A stretch of 60,678 nt of DNA, from NCBI RefSeq assembly GCF_001194135.2, contig NC_069004.1, positions 1,459,604-1,520,281 of the forward strand. The letters run 5' to 3'. This DNA is from Octopus bimaculoides (taxonomy: Eukaryota). Shown piece by piece: positions 1 to 13,928 of the stretch (position 1 is its first letter; each line of letters begins with the position of its first letter). A program made the position numbers and the translations under genes. The notes under the pieces are model-generated. The model was not told the origin of the DNA. It did no database searches and saw only the letters and a list, made by a program, of their open reading frames with translations.

Positions 1-434
1 ATATATATATATATACGCGTACATATGTACCTAAGTACATACATTCATGCATTTCATGCATACGTACATATATATATTTTAATTCAATGAAATATTAGCA
101 AATTTGTTTACACTTTAAAATTAATCAGATATCTTCCACTTCCTGCAATAAAAACATATCAATGCATAAATGTTAATATTGAAATTAAAGCGAATACATA
201 ATGCATAATATTGCATTTCGTTGCTACGAAATGCATTTGTTAATTGGCAACAATTTAAGAATTAAGAGGATGCCATGTCATTTCGAGAAAAGAACTGGAA
301 GTGAATCCTTCATGCCTTTCCCAATGGCATCGCGGTTTGTAAATATTTCCTCTGTGCTGTTGCTATTTTGGTTTACCCCTAATCTACCCGGAATGAAAAG
401 AGTTACGATCCAAGAAGTTCCAGCCATGCCCAAA

Positions 435-650
435 CCATGATGAGGTTTATCCCGAATCTAGCTTGGCCTTCAATATGATTTATGATTAAGGTCATTCCAG
501 CCGTGCCAATCCCACCTTTGGTTTCTTTCTGCATAGTATATCTAGGATATACATTATCTAATGTAGACTTATTGTTTTTAAAGGGGTGTAATTTGAGGGA
601 GATTTAGCTGTTATTTCTCACATATACAGCAATTCGTATGGAGACTCCTG
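435..650 (-). mobile_element. SINE-like dispersed repeat, family D (my label), partial
   Basis: Reverse strand reads gagaaataacagctaaatctccctcaaattacacccc...ggcacggctggaatgacc, matching the copies at 28868 and 55410 (gaaatagcagccaaatctccctcaa core). Confidence 0.6.
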
Positions 651-795
651 TTTTTACATTGAAAGGTGAACTCAAAGAGACTCCATAGTGCATTGTAGAT
701 TAGGTGCAAAATGTGTGAACCAAACTAAATGGTGCAATTAGAATATACACACAAATATGTATATATATATGTGTGTGTGTGTGTTTGTGCGTGGA

Positions 796-829
<34 letters not shown>

Positions 830-995
830 CGTGTCTGTCTGTCTGTTTCTCTCTCTTCCTATATCTATATATATATATATATATATATATATANNNNNNN
901 NNNACAAATATCTATGCATCCAAATACACATACACACATACGCATAATTTTTGTTACAAATCCTATTGTTGTATATATAGATGTGTATTGTGTGC

Positions 996-1037
<42 letters not shown>

Positions 1038-2298
1038 ATGCAGTCAGTCCTACCCGCCCGTCCACGTCCTTCCACAATCACATAACCACATATGGGCACA
1101 TAGAAGAAAACAAGTTGTCATTGATACACATTGCTGCACACACGCATTCACTAGCACACACACACACACACACACAGATAAGTGAGCACACCTCAAACAC
1201 ACACACACCTATACACGCCGCACACACACGCGCGCACACAAACACACACATGCATGCACAGGTATCTTTATTTGACCATGCAGACATATGTGCAACGGTT
1301 TCTGGGGTACCAAGTGTGGGGTGGGGGAAGCCATATTTTTAAGAATGAAGACAAAAGCATTGTCCCTCATATATTAAATGTGTGGATTTGTTGCACCAAA
1401 GTGTTGTGTTGGTCTAGTTAGCTTCGGTCTGAATATGGCAGTACGTAGCACTGGCCAACAGATCATTGCAGACGACCGACAAACAGACAGATTGAAAGAC
1501 AAACAGACGGTCGGATTGATAGAAGAACAGGCAAACAGATTGATAGACATACCGACAGTTAATTAGTAAAAATGAGATAAAATAAATAATGCAAAAATTA
1601 AACGCACAGGGATATCTGGAAATTTGAATAAAGAAAGCGAATCATGCTTTAATGAAAAAGAAAGAGAGAGAAAGAGAGAATGAGGAAGAAAAGAGAGAGA
1701 CAGAGATAGTGTGTATGTTTTTATGTTCGTCTGAGTGTTCGTACATATTGAGAAATGTACGATGGAAAAAGAAAGAGAAAACGAGAGATGCAGACGGAGA
1801 TGTAAAGAAAGAAGAAGAAAAAATACAAAAACAAGAGAAAGAAAAAAAAAAGCAAAAGCAAACTAGTTGGGGTGGGGGTGGGGGGTGGATGTGCTAAAAA
1901 TAGTGTGGAGTAGAGAGTGCATGCATGAATCAAATCGGAGTGATCAGACAAAAATCGACGGAGCAAGCTATATTTACGTCGCGTGCTATTTGCTAACGGG
2001 TCATACAAGAATGGAAGTTGACCATATATGGAGAGGATTGTTAAACATATTTATGAACGGTATTTTCGAGTACGTAGCGTGTAAAGGTGCGTGCATAATT
2101 TTGCACACGCAAACAAACACACACTTACACATGCAACACGCACACACATACACACTCAACCATACGCATAGATATTCACACACAAACACTCAAATACATA
2201 AATGTCTCGGATACATACATGCAAACACACACATACATACACTCAGACCACACGCATGCATGCATACACACGCGAGGTGCACGCAAGGGTATTATACA

Positions 2299-2334
<36 letters not shown>

Positions 2335-2631
2335 TGTGTGTGTGTGTGTGTGTATATATATATGCCCATACATATATATATATATGTATGTATATATATA
2401 TATGCCATATACACGCCAACCAAACACTATCTGTAGTAGCAATAGAGTCAACAGCAGCATATTGCACACACACACGCGCGCACACACACACATACGCGTG
2501 CGCGAAGGCAGACACACGGACACACAAATTCTCAGCGACAACCTGTTGGCTGTGTTGCAGCAAAGCAGGAAAGAGTTTATGTATGCATGCATGAATGCAA
2601 CGTATGTGCGTGTGTCTGTGTGTGTTGAGAA

Positions 2632-2673
<42 letters not shown>

Positions 2674-3300
2674 AGGTTGTGGTGGCGGCGAAGGCGGAGT
2701 AGAGCCGCTTCAGTTGGTGGCTAGTTAGATATTCTGCAGGCAGGCAGACAGGCATTTGCTTTTATTGAGAAAACGTTGACACTGAATGTTTGTGCAACAA
2801 TGTAGAATGGCAGCCGAATTGCAGCAGCTTCGTTGATAAAATTTCTCTATTTAAGGCAATATTTCTAACATCTCTGTGTATAGGTGCGGGGAGGGGGTGG
2901 CGGAGGGAGGAGGAGGAGGTTGGGCGGGTGGATCGAGGGAGGGTGTGTGTGTACTGCGTGGTGTGGTGTGGCGTGCGTGTGTGTGTGTGTGTGTGTGTAT
3001 GTGTTTACATGTATGTGCTGTGCATGTTCTCATTATAGAACGTGATTATATGCAGATGTTCAAAATATACATACATGCGAATGTATATATATACATATAT
3101 ATACGTGTGTGTGTGTGCGTATGCTTGCGCGTGTATATACACTCAAATGTTATATGTGTATACAAACTTCATATATCTATTTATCTATCTACTCATATAT
3201 ACAAATATATGCACACGTATGTGTATGTATATTGAATATATGCATATATATGTGTGTATATATATAAACACACACATATGCATACATACTTTTCAACACA

Positions 3301-3336
<36 letters not shown>

Positions 3337-4120
3337 TATTTATATGATGCTTAACGGTCAAAAGTGTAAATTTAAGTCCTGGAATGATACCTTTAGACTC
3401 GTAAACTAATATTACATTGCAAGATCTCTTTTAAGGTCTTTAATATAGTCATCTCTAATTTCACTTTCACTTTGCAAAGGAGCCGACTTTTCGTCTATGG
3501 CTGAGCCTTATTCTGGATCACATCATTGATGCTCAGTGAATATGGCAAATAGATTTAAATACTTTATTTACGAGAATAAAATGTTGGAAACCAATGGAAC
3601 TATGCCTCCTGGATTATATAATTTCTTGAAGATTTCATATAATTTTGTATACGGTCCTGATGCATTATACGCGCGAAGGTTTAAACGCTAATTTTTGAGT
3701 TCATTGTCTATAATTTTAACTATTCCTTCTCTGTGCATGTATGAATTAGCAAATATGAACACACACATTCACTTAACATGCTTCATCGTTTTGTGTTTCA
3801 TTACCAGATGACGATCGTTAGACGACCCAAGATGCCACGCTTGTAAAGCTTTGTCTTATGGATCGTAGTTTTCAAATATCATGTTTCGCACACATCTGTC
3901 TTTGATTCGTTGTTGCTCTCTGCTGCTATCTTTGTCTTGTTTTGATTTTCCAAAAAGGCACAGGGACTTCTTTTATGAAAGCTAATTATTAGGTCTAAGC
4001 CAAGAGCTCAAATCTTAAAGCAATAGGACAAAAATATCACGAGAACACCTTTGCTCTTGTTGAAACTCAGATAAAATTTGATGAAGTGATGTATATAAAA
4101 ATGAGGTGTTGCAACTGCAG

Positions 4121-4176
4121 AGATTAACTGATCTATGATGGATAGATTAACTGAGCTATGATAGGTAGATTAACTG
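4121..4176. repeat. 23-bp minisatellite, about 2.4 copies
   Basis: agattaactg recurs at 4121, 4144 and 4167. Confidence 0.85.
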
Positions 4177-4334
4177 GATTATTGTTAGCTTTGCAAATTG
4201 TCATTTTACCGTTCAAATTTTACCATTATTTGGACATTTTTAATTCGGTGAATATATATTTTGGAAAGTCGCATAGTTTCTTCAAACATTGTTAATGTTT
4301 CTTGTATTTGGATAAAACAACCTCGAGAACAACC

Positions 4335-4650
4335 ACTGCATGAATTTATTTACATTATGCTTATGGCATTTTGAAGGCTGCCAGCTGCTACGATTGCAAG
4401 AGCATCTGCGAAATGCGCTGCCGCATTTGTTCCGGTTCTTCAAACCCCACCAAAATCGCCTTTTCCTTTCAATCCCTGAAGTCGTTCCTTTCCCCTTGAA
4501 GACCGCTGACCTTCACTTTAAACCAGAAGCCATTGTCTTTATGAAATATTGTCTGAGACCTGCCAACTGTTATTTCTAGACTGTTTATCTGTATTTTTTT
4601 TATCAACTTTTAACATCATTTGGAAAAAATAAACGTTTTCTCAGCTTTCC
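4335..4650 (+). pseudogene. Possible highly decayed mariner transposase N-terminus
   Basis: Frameshifted pieces IML...AATIAR-ICEM...FPLEDR loosely follow mariner HIML..EF..AARNIC..FSLEDR; weak match. Confidence 0.3.
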
Positions 4651-5135
4651 TTCGACTGTGCACCAACGCATTCATATTTACTTGGGGTTTAATCTCTCTC
4701 TTTCTTTCTCACAACATCAAATACGACAACGTACACTCAGCAAATAACATCTTTTGCGATCGTCGATTATCAACTTGTACGTAAATTCAACATAGGGAAA
4801 ATCTGGATAGACGCAGATTTCCAGCAAATGCGTGGATTTTCAGTGCAGATTTGAATGTATGGAGAACTAGAAACTTCCAGCATCAATCTTATTTTGTATT
4901 ATTCTGGAATGGCAAGAAGACACGAACGGGAGAATAAGATTTCGTTTAGATTCTTCCATAAAAGATCTTTGTATTTATTTCACCGTTAAGAAAATCCCCA
5001 GCATTTTCCACACGATGCATATTTTTGCACATTCACATCTGCAGATATTTTATATGCATGGACATATTAGTTGCGTGCAAATATATATTTCTTGCATATA
5101 CATACCAACACATACACACACCACACACACATACA

Positions 5136-5168
<33 letters not shown>

Positions 5169-5190
5169 TATATACATGCACATATACATA

Positions 5191-5255
<65 letters not shown>

Positions 5256-5438
5256 TCATGTATGCATATATATATATATATATATGTGTATTTATACACA
5301 CGTTTTCATATATATGTATATATATATATATATATACACACGTAAATGTATGCATAGATATATATACGTACACATATACACACAATAATGCAAATACGTA
5401 CATGCTCACACACATACATATATAAACATACAGACACG

Positions 5439-5475
<37 letters not shown>

Positions 5476-5617
5476 AATATGTATGTTCGTAAATGCATAC
5501 ATATACGCATGCACACACACTCACACATGCATATATGTGCGTGCGTGCGTGCGTGCATGCGTATATATGTGAATGTGTGTGTTAATGTTTATGCATCATT
5601 GTGTGTGTATGCATATG

Positions 5618-5648
<31 letters not shown>

Positions 5649-6236
5649 GCGTGTGTGTGTTTGTGTGTGGTGTATGTTGCGGCTTGCATACTGATTGAGC
5701 TTATTGACGAAGTGTGGTTGTGGGTATTGGCGGTGTTGGTGGAAGTTTACCAGTTGTAGGTGCTGATAGATAATTTGAATATCACCAATCCGATCAATAA
5801 ACCACTTCCCGCAACTAGGGATATCCTCCTTAATCTATACTGACCTATATATGGTCATATCGATTCGAAAATACACCTAAACCAGATATTTTCACTTAAG
5901 ATGGCCGCCATCTCTTTTAATCGGAGCTGCTTGTTCTCTTCCTCATTTACTCCCTCCGCCCATCGTTCTGCGCTGCATCTACTCCCCCCACTACCCACCT
6001 ACTTTCCCTCCTAATCTTCATCGTACTACTACTAGTATTTGCCTCTTTCTCGTTTGTTTTATACAGCTTCGACTTCCACTACCTTCTTCCTTTCTCGTTC
6101 TCAATCGCTACTCCTCTCACTTTCCCTCTTCTTTTCTGCTCCTCCGTTATTTTTTCCTTCTCTGCCTGTTCCTCAGTTCTAGTCGTTTCTTTGAATGACC
6201 TCTCTCTCTCTCTCTTCTTTTCTTCGCATCACTGTC

Positions 6237-6325
6237 GCTTCTTCTTCTTCTTCTTCTTCTTCTTCTTCTTCTTCTTCTTCTTCTTCTTCTTCTTCTTCTT
6301 CTTCTTCTTCTTCTTCTTCTTCTTT
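6237..6325. repeat. (TTC)n microsatellite
   Basis: Long, near-pure TTC run; source of the poly-F/S/R ORFs. Confidence 0.95.
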
Positions 6326-7034
6326 CAATCGTATATTCATTTATGGTTCGATTCACAAAGTTACCTATCCCATCATATTCCTCTAGCAACATGAGACAAC
6401 CACCACGACCACCACTACCAACACAAGCGCATTGCCATATCGATCATTTCCTCCACCCTCCCCATCACTCCAGTCCTCCAACCTTCCCTTCCCCCTAATT
6501 CTTAATCAAATATATTAGTATACACATACTCACACCCACGTATCTATCTATCTATCTATCTATCTATGTGTCTGTCTGTCTGTCTTTCGGCCTGTCTGTC
6601 TGCTTCTGTGTGTGTGTGTGTGTGTGTGGTGTGTGTGTGCATGCATATTTGCTCTTTTGTGCAAGAAGGTACGTGCCTGCATGCGCCCGTATGTGTGTGT
6701 GCGTGTATAAGCACGAAAACACACACGCACACACACACACAAACAAAATTCTGTACACATACATACAAGCATATGTGTGTATATACATATATTAGCTCAT
6801 GTATGCATGAATATATCCACATATATAGTTATGCATACGTACTTTCATACATGCCTCCGCACATATATGCATACATACACACATACAGCCACAGATACGT
6901 ACTTATACATACATATATATACATACATATACGCATCCGTGCATGTTTATATATGTGCATGCATACACACGAATCTACATACCTAAATGTGACTAACAAA
7001 CAGACAAATGTGTAAATAAATATGATGGACAGAG

Positions 7035-7071
<37 letters not shown>

Positions 7072-7209
7072 TTCATTGTAAACAAACACGGGGAACACCT
7101 GTGCTCTTGGCCTTCCATAGAAACTTGCACATTTTATGTTGCATATTTTGGGTGTTAACGACCGTCACCACTCGTCTAACCTTCTTAACGATGGTTGAGA
7201 GAGTATCAC

Positions 7210-7293
<84 letters not shown>
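7210..7293. repeat. (AAT)n microsatellite, 3' tail of adjacent SINE-A
   Basis: AAT run directly abutting the 3' end of the minus-strand SINE at 7295. Confidence 0.9.
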
Positions 7294-7294
<1 letters not shown>

Positions 7295-7295
<1 letters not shown>

Positions 7296-7453
7296 GTTTC
7301 AAATTTTGGCACCAGGTCGGTAATTCCGGTGCTCAACCAATACTTATTTTATCGACCCCGAAAGTAATGAAATGCGAAGTTGACCTCGACGGAATTTGAA
7401 CTCAGAACGTAACGATGAGCGAAATATCGTTAAGCATTTTGCTCGCCGACCTT
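7295..7453 (-). mobile_element. tRNA-derived SINE, family A, head internally deleted
   Basis: Minus strand: aaggtcggcgagc..aatgcttaacg..gttctgagttcaaattccgtcgaggtcaac (B-box)..ttcggggtcgataaaataagta; homologous to the 13121 copy. Confidence 0.85.
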
Positions 7454-8420
7454 AATAATCATAATAATAATGATGATGTTGATGATGATTTCCTTTATTT
7501 GTCAATGGTGCATCCAATGGGGAAGACATTACAAGACCAGTTTACAACTTGTGAGGAGACTTACATAAAAGACGAGGGGAACAAAAGGAGAAGAAGGGGG
7601 AAATGAGATAAAACCATTCAAAGTCTGCAAAACAGGTGAACGCATCTATGACGCAGTCTTCCTAATGCGGGACAACTGTCCAGTTAAGGCCAGTCAAGGA
7701 GCTCCCCGGGACCACCAAATGCACAAGCCCTCGTCCGACTGTTGCTCTCACATCTACAGCAAGCTTAGAGTATTTTCATTCACGTTAGCCATTTCTACAA
7801 TAGTCATTCACTTTTTCACAAATCCATTTCCCTCTCCACCTTCACGTCTTTTTTTTTCTGAGTGGAGCTTAAAAACGTTGATGTGGCCTTCATCGAAGAG
7901 AAAGTTGTCTTTCCTCAATCTTCTCACTCTCGTGCTCCACATATATTCTTTCGCTATAAATATATTCTTTCTCTAGATAGAACATAACCTTTCGCGGTGT
8001 CTGACACAATCACAGTGATGTCATCCACAAGGTTTCCCGCATCCCAGTTCGAAAGCGATACCCCTCAAGTGCCCTAGCTTCCGCAGCAATGGCTAGAGAG
8101 CCAGTATATATAGAAGAGATAAGATCAAGCGTGCGATATGAAATGGTTACTAGAGGTGGCCATTTACTTTTGGCAAGCGATATTGTGCATTGCTGCGATC
8201 CAGCATTTGCAAACATGTCTGAAACTGGTTGCTTTTAAGACTGCTGCCCAGTAGCGATGGTCGACCTTATTAAGGCTTTCCACTGATCTCCCATCAAACT
8301 TCCTGCGACAAGAATCAAGTTCTTTGCTAACGCATTGGCCAAAATGTTAAACTCAGAATTCAGCAGGGTTTTGGCCACAAATTATCACTTTTGTTGGAAT
8401 CATTTCTCAACAACAAGAAA
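7454..8420 (-). mobile_element. Decayed Tx1/L1-clade LINE ORF2 (RT core joined to C-terminus and 3' UTR)
   Basis: Minus-strand peptides TLLNSEFNILANALAK, DQWKA-NKVDHRYWAAVLKA, KVNGHL, LSLLYILAL*PLLRKL and VDDITVIVSD match LINE RT motifs (LLN.DYKIL, D..KAFDRVDH, LSPLLY, YADD). Ends in aataaa plus an (ATC)/(ATT) tail. Confidence 0.8.
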
Positions 8421-9488
8421 CTGAATTAATGCACGATATAAAAAAATAATAAGAATATCTGAAAGAAGACAATATGAAACACAAGATGAGAATGAAGCAA
8501 TACTTGGGGTAAAGATAAAAGTTATTTAAAAGTGAAAGAGCCCGTCTTTTTTTATAAGTACTACATACATACTCACATACAGGCCTGTTTACACATATAC
8601 ATAAGCACACACACACACGCACACACACACACACACACATACGTATAAGCATAACTGCACATACATCCATACTTTCACGTATATATGCAAGTACGCATAC
8701 ATATATTTCGTAAATAGTCTGTACAAAAACACGTTATCAGTTATGCATTCACGAGTGGACATACAAAATACACACATGCATATATATATATATATATATA
8801 TANNNNNNNNNNNNNNNNNNNNNNNNNNNNNNNNNNNNNNNNNNNNNNNNNNNNNNNNNNNNNNNNNNNNNNNNNNNNNNNNNNNNNNNNNNNNNNNNNN
8901 NNNNNNNNNNNNNNNNNNNNNNNNNNNNNNNNNNNNNNNNNNNNNNNNNNNNNNNNNNNNNNNNNNNNNNNNNNNNNNNNNNNNNNNNNNNNNNNNNNNN
9001 NNNNNNNNNNNNNNNNNNNNNNNNNNNNNNNNNNNNNNNNNNNNNNNNNNNNNNNNNNNNNNNNNNNNNNNNNNNNNNNNNNNNNNNNNNNNNNNNNNNN
9101 NNNNNNNNNNNNNNNNNNNNNNNNNNNNNNNNNNNNNNNNNNNNNNNNNNNNNNNNNNNNNNNNNNNNNNNNNNNNNNNNNNNNNNNNNNNNNNNNNNNN
9201 NNNNNNNNNNNNNNNNNNNNNNNNNNNNNNNNNNNNNNNNNNNNNNNNNNNNNNNNNNNACACACACACACAACACACAGAGGCACACATTAAATTCTCA
9301 GTTGCACACATGAACACACACACGCACACACAAACACACGCGTATTTATTGTCTCTTTGTTGTACACAAGAAGATATACATACATGCATCACACACACAC
9401 ACACACATACGCACACACAATCATCCACATATATGCTCATAGACATACACACACACACTCACACACGCAATCAGATACTTATCTCTTG

Positions 9489-9523
<35 letters not shown>

Positions 9524-10051
9524 GGTAGAGTGAAGTCATGAAACGACAGCGGTGACGGTGGGGGCTGTTAGTAGTGGTGGTGGTGGTGGTGGTGGTTGTT
9601 GTCGGCGGTAGTGGTGATGATGGAGAGGGTTGCACTGGTGGCGGTGGCGGCGGTGGTGGTGGTTGAAAAGGGAGGTAAACTAGTTAAAGCTACTATATGA
9701 ATGGATGGGTAAGTCTACTACCATTTAACATAATGCCGTAAGTGACAAGTTCTTAGATGGCTTCCACTAAGCTGGGACATGAAAGCTAGCTGGCTTGAAC
9801 ACACACTAATACTATATAAGGCAATGAGACGCCGCCATGGAGTGGCGGTGGGAGGATGCAACCACTTGATTGAGACAGAGTTTCTGCACATTGCATCACA
9901 CACGAACGTTAAATGGGGAAAAGGAGAGCAGGAGGAGGAGAGCAGCGACGGTACGGGAAAGACGGCAACAGGTGGTAGCAGCGAATTGGTGGAAGGAAGA
10001 GGAATGGGGAGAACGAGGTGGGGAGAGGAGTAGGAGTAGGAGGTGTGCGGG

Positions 10052-10089
<38 letters not shown>

Positions 10090-10806
10090 GTGTGTGTGTG
10101 TGTGTGTTTGTGTGTCTGTGTGTGTGTGTGGGGGGTTCTTTCTATTCATGAAAACATACGAATATGCACACAGAGAGGCCCATATACGAACTCCATGCAT
10201 ACACACAAACACACATACATGTACATACACTCATACATATATATATATATATACATTTATGAATGCAAGCATGTAAACGCACACACTCACAATATATATA
10301 TATAACACTAGTATATACGCGCGCGCGCGCACTCACATATTGTTATATATATATATTTGTATTCAATTATATTGATATCTATCTATATATCTATACGCAT
10401 ATATATGTCTGTATATGTATATATATGTGTGTGTCTATTTGTGTGTGTGTGTGTGCGTGTTTTTGTATCAGGGACAACTCCTACTCAAGACAGAGCATTG
10501 AAATTTGTAAATAAAAATCCAAACTTTATTATTATTATTCAAATCTTCTGCATTTGGTGCGTATGTATAATAAACCTTCATTCAACGGGTCTGTCAGAAA
10601 AATGAAAGATTTATAATAAAATTGAAATTGTCGTCTGCATTCACTCATTTATCTTGGTTATGCTTTTCATATGATATAATATAATATGCTGAGAAACCGA
10701 AACAAAACAATAGCTATATAATTCAAAATATATATATTACAAGAAATAATGGATAATAAAACGAATGGTTTACACCTGGTAGATTCCGTCTTTGATTTGC
10801 CATATA

Positions 10807-10846
<40 letters not shown>

Positions 10847-11407
10847 NNNNNNNNNNNNNNNNNNNNNNNNNNNNNNNNNNNNNNNNNNNNNNNNNNNNNN
10901 NNNNNNNNNNNNNNNNNNNNNNNNNNNNNNNNNNNNNNNNNNNNNNNNNNNNNNNNNNNNNNNNNNNNNNNNNNNNNNNNNNNNNNNNNNNNNNNNNNNN
11001 NNNNNNNNNNNNNNNNNNNNNNNNNNNNNNNNNNNNNNNNNNNNNNNNNNNNNNNNNNNNNNNNNNNNNNNNNNNNNNNNNNNNNNNNNNNNNNNNNNNN
11101 NNNNNNNNNNNNNNNNNNNNNNNNNNNNNNNNNNNNNNNNNNNNNNNNNNNNNNNNNNNNNNNNNNNNNNNNNNNNNNNNNNNNNNNNNNNNNNNNNNNN
11201 NNNNNNNNNNNNNNNNNNNNNNNNNNNNNNNNNNNNNNNNNNNNNNNNNNNNNNNNNNNNNNNNNNNNNNNNNNNNNNNNNNNNNNNNNNNNNNNNNNNN
11301 NNNNNNNNNNNNNNNNNNNNNNNNNNNNNNNNNNNNNNNNNNNNNNNNNNNNNNNNNNNNNNNNNNNNNNNNNNNNNNNNNNNNNNNNNNNNNNNNNNNN
11401 NNNNNNN

Positions 11408-11457
<50 letters not shown>

Positions 11458-12024
11458 TGCATATATATATAAATACTTATATGTGTGCATGTGCGTGTGT
11501 GTGCGTATGTTTGTATGTATATACAAGAAGTAAACAAACGTACACTGATATATGTATGCGTATGTTCGCATATGTGTGCGTGTGCGTGCGTTCGCGTGCT
11601 TGTGTGTGCGTGCGTGTGGGTGTGTGTGTGTACTATATGGGTGTGGAAAACGTGTGTTTCCTCGTGCTATATGTATATATATTGATATATACATATCGCC
11701 GTGCACCGCATGCATAGATTTCTAGTTTAGCTGTTGTACAGCACTTCCATTTATGGTGATGGCAATAAACACATGTGCATTTCGAGTGTATGGCGAAAAA
11801 TGCATGCTACACACTCGACATTGTATTTGCGCTTGCAAAGAAAATACACAATGTATGTATGCACGCACGTTCCTACGTACGTATAAACACACACAGGCAC
11901 ACACGCGTGTGTGTTTATACGTGTGTATTTTATATACATGAACGAATGTACGTTTACAATACACAATAAAAATAACAAGCTTAAGAAATGGCTATACTAT
12001 ACAGCTATAGATCACTTGAATGTT

Positions 12025-12055
<31 letters not shown>

Positions 12056-12745
12056 GCGTGCGTGTGTGTGTGTATGCAGTAGTGTGTATGTACTTATATA
12101 TGCACCGTATTTGTGTGTGTGTGTATATATATACATACATACGTACATATATGTATTATATATATGTATATGCGTATATGTATATTTTTATGTACATGTA
12201 TATTTATGTGTGTGTGTGTGTGCATGCTTGTGTATATATGTATGTACATGTATTCATATATNNNNNNNNNNATAGTAATACACACACGCACACACATTTG
12301 CACACATGTATATCAATTTATCACGTTACTGACTAGACTATCGGATGTTGTTACACATCGCTCGTAACAGTGCGCTTCGCATTGTTTTAGCTCTCGAATG
12401 ATTGGCGAGTGGGCCAACATTGCCCCTGATCGAAAGACTAATCCGTCGAAGGGTCTTTAATGTAAATTCAAATAGATGCATGACTGTGACTTACGTTTTG
12501 GTCATTCTAACTAAATCATTCTACTTTTGCTTTCACTTTAAAATCAACACGATTTGAATTTTAGTTAGCTGAACTGTGTAAGTCATCTTATGAAGTCAAT
12601 GCAGTCTTTGGTGAAGTTTAAAATCATGTGAAGGACAAAGCCCCACAAAGCTGAAATCTGTATGACCATAAAGAACAACCATGCAAACGAAATATATTTT
12701 TAAAAATCATTAGGAGAAACTTTATCAAGTTTCAAGTTTCAAGTG

Positions 12746-12777
<32 letters not shown>

Positions 12778-12784
12778 CACATAT

Positions 12785-12900
12785 AGTTGAAATTTACAGA
12801 AAAACAAAATACAGATGCATTAGTTTAACGCTCGGGAATGTGAGAAAGTCTTTTACGTTTCGAGCCTACGCTCTTCAACAGAAAGGAACACGAGAAAATA
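12785..12900 (-). mobile_element. Penelope-like element terminal (pLTR-type) fragment
   Basis: ttctgttgaagagcgtaggctcgaaacgtaaaagactttctc..cccgagcgttaaactaatgcatctg ending in (TA)n; related sequence at 26238-26340. Confidence 0.6.
12850..12885 (-). ncRNA. Minimal type-I hammerhead ribozyme motif (A6U variant)
   Basis: 5'-cttt CTGTTGA A GAGC gtag GCTC GAAA C GTA^ aaag-3': stem I 4 bp, stem II 4 bp, palindromic stem III ACGT. Confidence 0.7.
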
Positions 12901-13063
12901 AAAAGAAAGAGAATAATGAAAAAAAAGAAGACTTTTGCAGCTAGCGGTTAATCATGGCAGATGGCTGGGATGTCCTTGTATTTTGGACAGTTGCCTTTAT
13001 CTCTTTTTAATCATTTTCAATGCATCTTTTATTATAGAGACTGTTTCTGTTTTTAGTCTCCTC

Positions 13064-13065
<2 letters not shown>

Positions 13066-13118
<53 letters not shown>
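13066..13118. repeat. (TTA)n microsatellite immediately 5' of SINE-A
   Basis: Pure TTA run ending just before the SINE head. Confidence 0.95.
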
Positions 13119-13120
13119 GC

Positions 13121-13325
13121 AAGGCAGCGAGCTGGCAGAATTGTTAGAACGCCGGATAAAATGCTTAGCGGCATTTCATCCGTCCATGCAATTTGAGTCC
13201 AAATTCCGGCGAGGTCGACTGTGCCTTACATCCTTTCGGGGAACGATAAAATAAGTACCAACTAACTACTGGGACAGATGCAATCGATTATCCCCCCCCC
13301 CAAAAAAAAAGAAATTTTCAGGCTT
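13121..13325 (+). mobile_element. tRNA-derived SINE, family A, near full length
   Basis: aaggcagcgagctggcagaattgttag (A-box-like)...gagtccaaattcc (B-box-like), central gccttacatcctttcggggaacgataaaataagtacc. Confidence 0.9.
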
Positions 13326-13878
13326 TTTACCTATAATAGCAAGTAGAAAGAAGCATANNNNNNNNNNNNNNNNNNNNNNNNNNNNNNNNNNNNNNNNNNN
13401 NNNNNNNNNNNNNNNNNNNNNNNNNNNNNNNNNNNNNNNNNNNNNNNNNNNNNNNNNNNNNNNNNNNNNNNNNNNNNNNNNNNNNNNNNNNNNNNNNNNN
13501 NNNNNNNNNNNNNNNNNNNNNNNNNNNNNNNNNNNNNNNNNNNNNNNNNNNNNNNNNNNNNNNNNNNNNNNNNNNNNNNNNNNNNNNNNNNNNNNNNNNN
13601 NNNNNNNNNNNNNNGGGGGGGGGGGCGTTTAATGGAGAGAGAGAAAAAATATAGAGGGAACACCAAAACAGAAGAAGCAAAGAAAAGCGAAGGAAAATCC
13701 ACGAGGAGGCCTTGAGGAAAAGAAGAAAACAGAAGACTTGCGAAGAAGTAAGATAATAAATAACAAAGAACAAAGAGGGGGGGGTAGCAAAAAAAAAAAG
13801 ACAGAGGATAATGCAAGGGTAAGTGTGTGGGGTGTTGCAATAAATGCGAGATTTTAAGCTAACAACAATAAGAGCCCA

Positions 13879-13928
<50 letters not shown>

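Noticed and set aside
2885-2945. G-rich tract as G-quadruplex
   Set aside because: Loops are too long for a canonical four-run pattern; typical low-complexity sequence.
3809-3850. Acceptor-like ttaccag| followed by MTIVRRPKMPRL*
   Set aside because: Stops after 12 codons, no good donor, no similarity.
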